This document shows, piece by piece, positions 1-8,825 of a DNA stretch of 64,000 nt. The notes under the pieces were generated by a model, which did no database searches, was not told the DNA's origin, and worked only from the letters and a program-made list of their open reading frames with translations. Where the stretch lies: positions 121,770 to 185,769 of the forward strand of contig CAWJCU010000002.1 of the NCBI GenBank assembly GCA_963841455.1. The letters run 5' to 3'. The translations under genes and the position numbers were made by a program. Positions within the stretch are counted from its first letter, which is position 1; every line of letters begins with the position of its first letter. The stretch comes from an uncultured Actinomycetes bacterium. Lineage in GTDB: Bacteria > Actinomycetota > Thermoleophilia > Solirubrobacterales > 70-9.

Positions 1-30
1 AGTTCTGTCCGAGCACGGTTCAGCCGCGCG

Positions 31-1605
31 TCAGCCGCGCTTCTCCTTCCCCTTGCACCAAGGGTCGTTCGGAACGTTCTGGCACGGGTTCGGCATCGTT
101 GGCAGCTTCTTGGTCGGCAGCGGGTGCATCACGACCTTGGTTCCGCGCGGGTAGTGGTCGGTCGGCAGGCAGAGCGAAGTGTCGACCTCCGAGTTGCACG
201 CGGCCTCCGTGAGGAGCTGGAGGTTCGCGTTGGCGGTTCCCGCCTGGCCGCAGGTCGTGTTCGTGGTCTGGACGTCCGGCGGCGAGGTGCCGTCCGGCGT
301 CTTGTTGCCCCGGTAGCAGTTGATCGGGTTACCGCTGAGGACCGTCAGCTCGCCGATGTCGCTGTTGGTCGGGTTTCCATAGAAGCCGTTGTCGGAGAAC
401 TTGTTGTTCCAGATCTGGTTGCCCCAGTCGTCGTACGTGCAGTCGAAGCCGAAGGCGAGCAGGACGTTCGGATCGCCGCCCTGGCAGTGCTGACCCGGCG
501 GGGGCGTCTCGTCGTCGGGGTAGGGGACGAGCAGAACCCCCCACGACCCGTTGTGAGTAAACGTGTTGTTCATGATGGTGTCGAAGCGCCCACCGGCGAT
601 CGACATCCCGGTCCCGACCGGGCCTTGGCTGGCGGCTCCCCGGCCCGGGACGTCCGGATTGTTGTTGTCGTGGACGTTGTTCTTCATGAAGACCCAGCAC
701 GAGACCGTGTCCGTGATCGGGCTCGTCTTTCCGCCGGCGCAGCGCCCGTCCTGCGGTGACGGCGAGTCATCGTTGTTCTGGCTGTTGGTGTCGAACCCGT
801 CCTTGTTGTGGTCGAATTCCGAGTTCTTGACGACAAGCTGGCCACCCGAGTTGGTCCCGGAGTATCCGAGGGCGCTGAACTGCGACCAGTCGTGATTCAT
901 CGTCTGGTTGCAGACCCGCCGGCAGGCGCCTATGTAGTAGTTGGAATCGTCGAAGTTCGAGGCGTAGTCGTGTGCCCAGACGCCCGGGCCGTTGGAGTTG
1001 CTCGAGAAGATGCCGTATCCGGCGGCGGTGTCGGTGCCGTTGTAGAACGTGGTGGTCGCGTTCAGATATGTGCCCCGGAACGGCCCGAGCCCGATCTGAC
1101 CGCTGCCGTCGCCGCCGTTCCACCAGACCTCGTTGCCGCTGCTGCCGGCTCCAGTGAGGAAGTTGCAGGCGGTGAGGTTCTGGATGTTCACGTTGTCGGC
1201 CTTATAGGCCACGAGGCCGTTCCGGCCCTGCGCCTTGCCCCCCTTCTTGGCGCCGAAGTCCTGGTCGCCCTTCTTCGAGCTGCACTCGGGCGACCCGGGC
1301 TTGGTCCCGTCGACGACGACCTTGTTCCGGTCCATCCCTCGGATGTGTAGGTTCGGGGTCCGGATCAGGACCCCGCTCGGCGGCACGTCGCCCTTCGGCT
1401 TGTGGGTGCGGTCCCCGCGCTCGTGATAGTCGCCGGGGGCGACGAGGATCCAGTCGCCCTTCTTCGCCGCGTCGACCGCCGACTGGATCGTGTCGTACTG
1501 GCCCTTGACGCCGTGGTAGGCGCCGACGCGGAGGACACGAGCGGCCGCGGGCGCTGCGGTGGGAAGGCCGAGCGCAATCACCACGACAATGACTCCCTGC
1601 CGCAT
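31..1605 (-). CDS. secreted right-handed parallel beta-helix repeat protein
   Basis: Part of ORF 31..1902. The internal ATG at 1605 gives a signal-peptide-like N-terminus (MRQGVIVVVIALGLPTAAPAAA). N/D/G-rich beta-helix-type turns are present (NSEFDHNKDGFDTNSQNNDD, NNVHDNNNPD). Confidence 0.7.
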   Translation of the reverse strand: MRQGVIVVVIALGLPTAAPAAARVLRVGAYHGVKGQYDTIQSAVDAAKKGDWILVAPGDYHERGDRTHKPKGDVPPSGVLIRTPNLHIRGMDRNKVVVDGTKPGSPECSSKKGDQDFGAKKGGKAQGRNGLVAYKADNVNIQNLTACNFLTGAGSSGNEVWWNGGDGSGQIGLGPFRGTYLNATTTFYNGTDTAAGYGIFSSNSNGPGVWAHDYASNFDDSNYYIGACRRVCNQTMNHDWSQFSALGYSGTNSGGQLVVKNSEFDHNKDGFDTNSQNNDDSPSPQDGRCAGGKTSPITDTVSCWVFMKNNVHDNNNPDVPGRGAASQGPVGTGMSIAGGRFDTIMNNTFTHNGSWGVLLVPYPDDETPPPGQHCQGGDPNVLLAFGFDCTYDDWGNQIWNNKFSDNGFYGNPTNSDIGELTVLSGNPINCYRGNKTPDGTSPPDVQTTNTTCGQAGTANANLQLLTEAACNSEVDTSLCLPTDHYPRGTKVVMHPLPTKKLPTMPNPCQNVPNDPWCKGKEKRG

Positions 1606-1781
1606 CTTCGGCCGCCCGATGTTCACGTTGGCGCCGACACTGGGCGGAACCCTACCGCGATGCGGCCGTTCCCGCCGTACCTGTGACGATCCACGTCCGA
1701 CCGTCCAAAGCGTCCGTCGGTCGCCAAACGCCGGCTGAGACTCAGCGAGGTGACGACCGTGAGTGACCCGCTGATCCGCCC

Positions 1782-2084
1782 CTAGAACCCCAGCGCGAAC
1801 TTGGCGTCCTCGGACATCATCTCCGGGGACCACGGGGGGTCGAAGATCATCTTCGGGTGGACCTTGTCCACGCCGTCGATGCTCGCCGACGAACTCGCGC
1901 ATCTGCTCGGTGACCTGGGGGCCGATCGGGCAGGCGGGGGTGGTGAGCGTGAAGGTGACGAAGACCTCGGGCCCTCGATCTCGACGTCGTAGACGAGGCC
2001 GAGGGAGACGAAGTCGAGCCCGAGCTCGGGGTCGATCACCTCCTCGAGCGCCTCGTAGACGGCGTCCTCTGTCACAGCGACCAT
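1782..2084 (-). pseudogene. DUF59/MIP18-family Fe-S assembly protein (SufT/PaaD-like); central 28 codons out of frame
   Basis: ORF 1782..2129 is open. The family-typical N-terminus (VYEALEEVIDPELGLDFVSLGLVYDVEIEG) and C-terminus (IDGVDKVHPKMIFDPPWSPEMMSEDAKFALGF) flank a nonsense P/S/R stretch. The neighbouring frame reads PEVFVTFTLTTPACPIGPQVTEQMREFVGE there, which contains the conserved TPxCP motif. Confidence 0.65.
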
Positions 2085-2100
2085 GGAATCATCGTAGGGA

Positions 2101-2603
2101 ATGCCGCTCCTTTTGGTGCTGATCTTCATCGTTCTGCCGATCGCGGAGATCTACGTGATCATCAAGGTCGGCGAGGCGATCGGCGTGCTGCCGACGATCG
2201 CCCTGCTGATCCTCGACGGCTTCGTCGGCGCCGCCCTCGCGCGCTCGCAGGGCCGCCAGGCGTGGGCGCGCTTCAACCAGGCGCTCGCCGAGGGGCGCGT
2301 GCCCGGCCGCGAGGTGTTCGACGGCGCGATGATCATCGTCGGCGGCGCGTTCCTGCTCGCGCCCGGGTTCATCACGCGATGTCATCGGCCTCGCGCTGCT
2401 GATCCCCCTTCACGCGGGCGATCTTCCGCGGGATCGTCGCCCGCCTCGCCCGCCGCCGCATCGTGATCGCGACGCCCGGCGGCGGTCTTCTCGCCGGCGG
2501 GCCCGGCCGCCGTCGCCCCGCGGCGGACTACGACGTCGAGGGGACGGCGCGCGAGGTCGACGAGACCGAACCCGAGCTTCCGCCGGGGCAGCCCCGTGGG
2601 TGA
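2101..2603 (+). pseudogene. fxsA: FxsA family membrane protein, two apparent +1 frameshifts
   Basis: Frame 1 reads MPLLLVLIFIVLPIAEIYVIIKVGEAIGVLPT...LLAPGFIT. The next frame reads DVIGLALLIP. The third frame reads FTRAIFRGIVARLARRRIVIATPGGG...PGQPRG with a stop at 2601-2603. Junctions lie near 2374-2378 and at the C-run 2404-2408. Confidence 0.7.
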
Positions 2604-3066
2604 CGGCCGCACGCGTGAGGCTCGGAGCTCGACGGCGCGACCGCCGTCGAGTGGGACCTCGACGCGGCTCTCGCGGCGAGAGCGGGGAAGCGGGCCTCGC
2701 GATTCCCGTCGGGCCTGGACGCGACCCGCTGGGAGCTCGCGACGGATGCTCACGGCCTCCTTCGACGACGGCGTCGGCTGCTCGGCGCTCGCCGCCCTGC
2801 GACCGGCGGGCGCCGGCGGCCACGGCGAGGAGGCCGTGGCCGGGCTGCTGGTCCTCGGCGGTGAGCCGGTGTCGTCGACGAGACGCTCCTCTCCGTGGAG
2901 TACGACCCGGCGGGGCTGCCGCGGCGCGTCGGCGTCGAGATCTACGAGAAGGCGGACTCGCTTCCCCGGCGGATGGCCGGCGAGCGCACCGGCGGTCGAA
3001 GGGCGGCCGACACGGCGCTCGCCATGCGCTTCCGGGCGAGACGTCGGGGCACCGGTCGGCTGGTGA
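2600..3066 (+). pseudogene. hypothetical protein, reading frame fragmented (at least 3 shifts); 3' end uncertain
   Basis: Protein-like segments appear in successive frames: MTAARVRL; ELDGATAVEWDLDAALAARAGKRASRFPSGLDATRWELATDAHGL; LTASFDDGVGCSALAALRPAGAGGHGEEAVAGLLVLGGEPV; VVDETLLSVEYDPAGLPRRVGVEIYEKADSLPRRMAGERTGG. I recognise no family. Confidence 0.3.
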
Positions 3067-3081
3067 CGTGCGGCCGGGCTG

Positions 3082-3724
3082 ATGGCGATCGAGGCGATCG
3101 TCTCGGACTTCGGCGGTGTCCTGACGACGCCGCTCCTGCGCTCGTTCGCCGCCTTTCAGGACCAGACCGGCATCCCGTCCGAGGCTCTCGGCCGGGCGAT
3201 GGGCCGCATCGCCGAGCGCGACGGCGAGCATCCCCTCTTCGAGCTCGAGCGCGGTCGCATCACCGAGGAGGACTTCCTCTCCTCGCTTCGCACCGAGCTC
3301 GCCGCCGAGCTGGGGCACGAGCCCGAGCTCCACCGCTTCAAGGAGATCTACTTCGACGCCCTGCGACCCGAACGAGCCGAATGATCGAGCTGATGCGGAG
3401 CCTGCGCGAGCCGCGGCTACCGGATGGCGCTGCTGACCAACAACGTGCGCGAGTGGGAGCCGCTGTGGCGCTCGATGCTGCCGGTCGATGAGATCTTCGA
3501 GGTCGTGGTCGACTCCGCCTTCGTGAGCATGCGGAAGCCCGAGCCCGGGATCTATGAGCTCACGCTGGAGCGTCTCGGAGGAATCGCGCCGGAGGCTGTG
3601 CTGTTCGTCGACGACGTCGAGATCAACTGCGACGCCGCGCGCGAGCTCGGGCATGAGCGCGGTCCACTTCCGCGACGCCGAGCAGGCGATCGCCGAGGTC
3701 GAGGCGGCCCTCTCAGCGGGCTGA
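3082..3724 (+). pseudogene. HAD-superfamily hydrolase, three apparent frameshifts
   Basis: Starts MAIEAIVSDFGGVLTTP (the DxG HAD motif I region). It continues MIELMRSLR in a second frame, then GYRMALLTNNVREWEPLW...VLFVDDVEINCDAARELG, then MSAVHFRDAEQAIAEVEAALSAG with a stop at 3722-3724. ORFs 3082..3384 and 3424..3846 are fragments of this gene. Confidence 0.7.
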
Positions 3725-5248
3725 GGCCGGCACAGGCGCCTCCGCCCGCTCGCGCAGCGGCGTGCCCGCCACCGCGCAATAGGTGCAGTGCTCCTCGTCG
3801 TGGTCGTGGTCGTACTTCGGGCCGCGCTCGAGAACATCGTCGCTGATCATCGTCCACGCGATGACGGCTCCGACGATGGCCGCGCCGGCACTTATGTACA
3901 TCGCGGTCGTGAAGCCGTCTGAGATCGCCGTCGGGTCGTTGAACGCGGAGCCCGAAATGCCGGCGAGAAGCGGAAGGATCGCGACGGCGGCGAGCTGGGC
4001 CGTCCGCGAGACCGCGTTGTTGACGCCCGAGGCGACGCCCGAGTGGCGGGCGTCCGCGGCAGCGAGGGCCGTGGCCGTGATCGGCGCGACGGTGACCGAG
4101 AGCCCGAGGCCGAAGACGATGACCGCCGGGAGGATCGTGCCGAGGTAGGTCGAGCCGGGTCCGATGCGTGACATCAGCACCATGCCCACGGCGATCAGGA
4201 TCGGGCCAAGGGTCAATGGGCGGCGGGGGCCATGGTGCTGCGCCCACGCGCCGGCACGCGAGGAGAGGGCGAGCATGAGGGCCGTGATCGGGAGGGAGGC
4301 AGCGCCGGCGGCGAGCGGCGTGTAGCCGAGGGTCGTCTGGAGAACGGCGACGAGGAGGAAGAAGACGCCGCCGAGCGCGCCATAGACGACGAAGGTGAGG
4401 AGGTTCGCCGCGGTGAACTGGCGCGAGCGAAAGATCTCGAGGGGGAGCATCGGGCTCTCGGCCCGGCGCTCGACGCCGATGAAGACCAGCAGCGCCCCAG
4501 CGCCGAGCGCCGAGGCGAGCACGATCGCCCAAGCAGCCATTCCGGCCGCTCCCTGGATGAGAGCGAACGTGAGGCCGCCGAGCCCGAGGGCCGCGAGCAC
4601 CGACCCGAGGACGTCGATCCGCCCGTGGACGGTGGGATCGCGCGTCTCGGGGATCCGGCGCAGCGCCATCGCGACGACGAGTGCGCCGATCGGCAGGTTG
4701 ATGAAGAAGATCGCCCGCCAGGAGACGGCATCGATGAGGTAGCCGCCGAGGAGCGGCCCGACGGCCGCACCGATGCCGGTGAATGCCGACCATGCGCCGA
4801 TGGCGCGGCCGCGGTCGTCGGGGTGGAACGTCGCCTCGATGATCGCGAGGCTGGCAGGCGTCAGCAACGCCCCGCCGATGCCCTGGACCACCCTAGCTGC
4901 GATCAGAACGCCGACGCTCGGGGCGAAGGCGCACGCCGCCGATGCGAGGGTGAACCAGGTGACGCCGATGACGAAGAGGCGGCGGCGGCCGTAGCGGTCG
5001 CCGAGGGACCCGCCGAGCAGGATCAGCGCCGCGAGCGTCAGCAGGTAGCCGTTCAGCACCCATTGAAGGCCGCTGACGCCGGTGCCGAGGTCGCGCGCGA
5101 TGGTCGGGAGGGCGACGTTCGTGACGGTGGCCTCGAGGAACGCGATCGCCGACCCGAGGACGGCGACGCCGAGCACCCACCAACCCGCGGGCGTCGCATA
5201 GCGAACCTCGATCCCCGACGCCTCAGCCGTCGCGGCAGCGGCTTCCAT
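3713..5248 (-). CDS. MFS transporter, DHA2 (EmrB/QacA-like, 14-TMS) drug:H+ antiporter family
   Basis: Intact 511-aa ORF with many hydrophobic segments. The N-terminus has the typical LEATVTNVALPTIARDLG and GGSLGDRYGRRRLF motifs. Confidence 0.85.
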   Translation of the reverse strand: MEAAAATAEASGIEVRYATPAGWWVLGVAVLGSAIAFLEATVTNVALPTIARDLGTGVSGLQWVLNGYLLTLAALILLGGSLGDRYGRRRLFVIGVTWFTLASAACAFAPSVGVLIAARVVQGIGGALLTPASLAIIEATFHPDDRGRAIGAWSAFTGIGAAVGPLLGGYLIDAVSWRAIFFINLPIGALVVAMALRRIPETRDPTVHGRIDVLGSVLAALGLGGLTFALIQGAAGMAAWAIVLASALGAGALLVFIGVERRAESPMLPLEIFRSRQFTAANLLTFVVYGALGGVFFLLVAVLQTTLGYTPLAAGAASLPITALMLALSSRAGAWAQHHGPRRPLTLGPILIAVGMVLMSRIGPGSTYLGTILPAVIVFGLGLSVTVAPITATALAAADARHSGVASGVNNAVSRTAQLAAVAILPLLAGISGSAFNDPTAISDGFTTAMYISAGAAIVGAVIAWTMISDDVLERGPKYDHDHDEEHCTYCAVAGTPLRERAEAPVPASAR

Positions 5249-5304
5249 CCATCGGACGCTAGCGAGCGCGTCCAGCCGCGAATCCCGGCTAGGCGATTGG
5301 TGGC

Positions 5305-5760
5305 CTAGTTATCCGAGCCGACCCGGTCCCAGCAGTAGAGCTCGACCGCCTCCAGGGCCAGCTCCATCTGGCTGGCGGGCGAGAGCCAGTCGAGAACGGT
5401 CTCCAGCGCCCGCTCCTCGGTGACCCCGCGATCAACCGCCTCCTCGCCGCGGAAACCGGCCGCGAGCTTCAGGGCCTCGCGGCGGTGCTCGCCGAGACCC
5501 GGGAACGCGGCCATGAGGAAGTCGCGATTGGGGAGCGGGTGGCCCACCTCCATGGAGGCGTGCCACGCCGCGAGCATCGAGATGTCGTCCTCGTCGAGCT
5601 CTGAGATCGCCCGGGCATAGTGGGCCTCGAGCTCGTCGTCGGGGATCTCGTCGACCCAGGCGCGCACGGCCTCCCCGAGGAGCTGACGGCGCGCCTCGCG
5701 GCCGACGGAGTCGGCGATGGCGCGGATGGCGTCGGCGGGATCGATGAAGCAGAGGGACAT
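5305..5760 (-). CDS. hypothetical protein
   Basis: Part of ORF 5305..5901. The internal ATG at 5760 (MSLCFIDPADAIRA...) is preferred because the region upstream of it is Arg/Pro-rich and non-protein-like. Confidence 0.45.
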   Translation of the reverse strand: MSLCFIDPADAIRAIADSVGREARRQLLGEAVRAWVDEIPDDELEAHYARAISELDEDDISMLAAWHASMEVGHPLPNRDFLMAAFPGLGEHRREALKLAAGFRGEEAVDRGVTEERALETVLDWLSPASQMELALEAVELYCWDRVGSDN

Positions 5761-5870
5761 CGCGAGGAAGGTAGACCGACGCGCAGACGGAACCCGCCTA
5801 AGCTCACGCCCGTCAGCAGGCGGCGCCGTGGCCGACCTATGCTGGGAACGATGCCCCGGAGGGACCGCTG

Positions 5871-8825
5871 ATGAGCCTGCGCCTGATCCTGGGGCCCCCA
5901 AACTCCGGCAGGGCCGGGGCCGTCCTCGAGGGGATGCGCGCGGCGATGGACCGCGAGCCGGTCCTGGTCGTTCCCGGGGGCGATGACGTCTCGGCGTTCG
6001 AGCGCGAGCTGAGCTCCAGCGACGAAGCCGCGATCGGGCTGGAGATCACCACCTTCGATCGCCTGTTCGAGGCCCTGGCGGAAGCCCTCGCCGTCCCAGT
6101 GGGCCCGGCGCTGACGCCTCCGCAGCGCCGCGCGCTGATCAGCCTGGCGATCTCGGCGACGCCGCTCCAGGCGCTCTCGCGGTCGTCGGGCGGGTCCGGC
6201 TTCGCCCCCGCGCTCGACGAGCTGATCTCGGAGCTAGAGGCCGCGATGATCGACCCGCGGACCTTCGCCGATCGAGCGGCCGAGGTCGCAGGCGGCGTCG
6301 AGAGAGAGCTCGCGCGCCTCTTCGCCGCCTACGTCGAGCTCCGCGACCAGGCGGGCCGTCTGGACCCGGCCGCGCTTGCCGCGCCCGTTCTCGATGCGTT
6401 GCGGCGCGCGCCGGGGGCGTGGCGGCGTCCAGTCTTCGTCTACGGCTTCGACGACCTCACTGTCGTGCAGCGTGAGCTGATCGCCGAGCTTGGCCGCGAG
6501 GCGGCGGTCACCGTTGCCCTGACCTACGCCGACCGCGACGCGCTGGCCGCGAGCGCGGGCGTCGTCGCGGAGCTCCGCGAGGGGCTCGGCGCCGACGAGG
6601 AGGCAGTGCTCGAGCACGATGGCTCTTACACGTCGAGCCCGCTCCTCGACCATCTCGACCGCAGGCTCTTCGACGCTGACGCGGAGCTCGTCGAGCCCGA
6701 CGAGGGCCTGGTGCTGCTGGAGTCGGCCGGCGAGCGCGGCGAGTTCGAGGCCATCGCGCTCGAGGCCGCAAGCCTGATCGCCGCCGGCACGCCGCCCGAC
6801 GAGATTCTCATCGTCCTGCGCCACCCGGGCGCTTCCGGACCTCTGATGGCCACCGTGCTCGACGAGATGGGCGTGCCCGCGGCGCTGGAGACGCAGGTTC
6901 CACTGGGATCGACTGGGACCGGCGGGTCGCTGCTGGCGCTATGCCGCGCCGCCTCGCCCGGGGGAACCGCGGCAGACCTGCTGGCCCACCTGCGGCTCGA
7001 CCCGGCGACGCCGCCCTCGATCGCCGACGGCCTCGAGCGCGCGCTCCGGCGCGGCCAGGTGGAGGGCGTGGACGAGGCGAGCGCCGGGTGGTCGGCGCCG
7101 CCACGGCACCTCGCCCGCCTGCGGGCTGCCGGTGACGCGGGCGAGTGGCTTCGCGCCCTGGCCCGGGCCGCACGGGAGATCGCCGAGGGCGCACACCGCG
7201 GCACCGCTCCGCTCGCCGAGCGCGACGGCCATGACGGCCCACGCGTCCCGGTGGCCGCGATCGAGCTTCGCGCCGGCGCGACGGCCGCGAGCCTCCTCTC
7301 GGAGCTCGCGAGCGTCGGCGAGCTGCCGGGGTGCGAGATGCCCGATCTCGCCGATGCGATCGCCGCGATCGAGGGCGCCTCGGTCCCGGCTTGGCGCGGT
7401 CCGGCGGATGGCCGGGTCCGTATCTCGAGCCCGCAGCGCGCGCGGGGCGCTCGCGCGCGCTACGTCTTCTGCGGCTCGCTTCAGGACGGCGACTTTCCCG
7501 CCGCGGAGCCGGCAAACCCGCTCCTCGGCGACGAGCGCCGCGCGGAGCTCGGCTTCCCGGCGCTTCGCCGGCGCGACGCGAGCGAGCGCGAGCGCTTCCT
7601 GTTCGCATCGTGCGTCTCGCGACCGACCGAGCGCCTGTATCTGAGCTGGCGCGCGAGCGGCGAGGACGGCGTCGCGCTCGCGCGCTCGCCCTTCGTCGAC
7701 GAGGTGCTCGACCTCCTCGCGCCCGATCCCGTGGCCGCCGAGGCCGCGCTCACGCGCTCGCGAGGGCTCGAGCGGGTCGTGCCGGAGCCCTCGGAGGCCC
7801 CAACCGAGCGCCAGCTCGCCCGCGCGCTCGCGCTCTCACGCGAGATCGACCCGGCCGAGGACGATCTTCCCGGGCCGCTGGAGGCCGAGCCGGTGCTGGC
7901 CGCGCTCCGCGACCGCGACGGCGTCAGCGCCAACTCGCTCGAGGGGTGGATCGAGTGCCCCCATCGCTGGTTCGTCGACCACGAGCTGCAGCCGGTGCGC
8001 CTCGAGGAGCGAAGCGACCCCCTCTGGCTCGGCAGCGTCGTCCACGACGCCCTGGAGCGCCTCTACCGCGATCCGCCGGGCGGCGAGGCCATCCCCCGCC
8101 CAGCCGACGTCGAGCGCTGGAAGGAGCGCCTCGGCGAGCTGCTCGACGAGCTCGCCGACGGGGCCGCCGTCGGCGCCGAGCGAGTCGCCGCGCTCGCCCG
8201 CGCCCGGGTGCAGGTGGAGGCGTTCCTGGACGCCGAGGCGTCCTCGGACACGCCGTTCCGGCCTCGGCCTCACCTGCTCGAGTGGAGGTTCGGCCTCGAG
8301 GACGGCGACGTCCCGTCGGTCGAGCTGGAAGGCCTGAGGCTCCACGGCATCGTCGATCGCATCGACGTTCACGCCGACGGGCGCACCGCGATCGTCCGCG
8401 ACTACAAGACCTCGAAGGAGGTTCCGGGGGCGGCGGCGTTCGCCGACAAGGGCAGGCTCCAGATCCCGCTCTACATGATCGCCGCCCGCCGGCTCCTCGA
8501 CCTCGACGTCGTCGGCGGCCTCTACCAGCCGCTCGGCGCATACGGAGATCGGCGACCGCGCGGGCTCCTTCTGCGCGACGAGCGGACGGATTCGCTCGAC
8601 GCCCGCCGCAGGACGAAGGACGTATGCGATGCCGACGCGCTCGAGGAGCGCCTCGACGACGCGCTCGACCGCGCGCGGCGCGCGGCCGCGGAGATGAGCC
8701 GCGGCGCGATCGGCCGCCGCCCCCTGGGGGACAGGTGCCCGAAGTACTGCAGCTACCAGGCGATCTGCCGCCTCGAGCGCGGCCTGGGCGACCCGGCCGA
8801 CGAAGCCGACGCGGAGGAGCGATGA
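5871..8825 (+). CDS. addB: AddB-type helicase-nuclease subunit (PD-(D/E)XK nuclease with Fe-S cysteines)
   Basis: 984-aa ORF. C-terminal RecB-type nuclease motif (GIVDRIDVHADGRTAIVRDYKTSK) and cysteines ECPHRW ... CPKYCSYQAIC typical of the AddB iron staple. Its stop overlaps the addA start (ATGA at 8822-8825). Confidence 0.8.
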   Translation: MSLRLILGPPNSGRAGAVLEGMRAAMDREPVLVVPGGDDVSAFERELSSSDEAAIGLEITTFDRLFEALAEALAVPVGPALTPPQRRALISLAISATPLQALSRSSGGSGFAPALDELISELEAAMIDPRTFADRAAEVAGGVERELARLFAAYVELRDQAGRLDPAALAAPVLDALRRAPGAWRRPVFVYGFDDLTVVQRELIAELGREAAVTVALTYADRDALAASAGVVAELREGLGADEEAVLEHDGSYTSSPLLDHLDRRLFDADAELVEPDEGLVLLESAGERGEFEAIALEAASLIAAGTPPDEILIVLRHPGASGPLMATVLDEMGVPAALETQVPLGSTGTGGSLLALCRAASPGGTAADLLAHLRLDPATPPSIADGLERALRRGQVEGVDEASAGWSAPPRHLARLRAAGDAGEWLRALARAAREIAEGAHRGTAPLAERDGHDGPRVPVAAIELRAGATAASLLSELASVGELPGCEMPDLADAIAAIEGASVPAWRGPADGRVRISSPQRARGARARYVFCGSLQDGDFPAAEPANPLLGDERRAELGFPALRRRDASERERFLFASCVSRPTERLYLSWRASGEDGVALARSPFVDEVLDLLAPDPVAAEAALTRSRGLERVVPEPSEAPTERQLARALALSREIDPAEDDLPGPLEAEPVLAALRDRDGVSANSLEGWIECPHRWFVDHELQPVRLEERSDPLWLGSVVHDALERLYRDPPGGEAIPRPADVERWKERLGELLDELADGAAVGAERVAALARARVQVEAFLDAEASSDTPFRPRPHLLEWRFGLEDGDVPSVELEGLRLHGIVDRIDVHADGRTAIVRDYKTSKEVPGAAAFADKGRLQIPLYMIAARRLLDLDVVGGLYQPLGAYGDRRPRGLLLRDERTDSLDARRRTKDVCDADALEERLDDALDRARRAAAEMSRGAIGRRPLGDRCPKYCSYQAICRLERGLGDPADEADAEER

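Noticed and set aside
2410-3837. Long ORFs on the opposite strand or in alternative frames (for example 2410..3837, 3552..4793, 8753..10918, 13270..16233, 24449..26791, 27490..28788, 32865..34136)
   Set aside because: Their translations are dominated by R/P/A/G runs with no recognisable motifs. Each overlaps a well-supported gene. These are typical high-GC shadow ORFs.
7331-8821. First 1.5 kb of the 1616-aa ORF 7331..12181
   Set aside because: It is an Arg/Pro/Ala-rich shadow frame lying over addB. Helicase motifs and a proper ATGA-coupled ATG begin at 8822.
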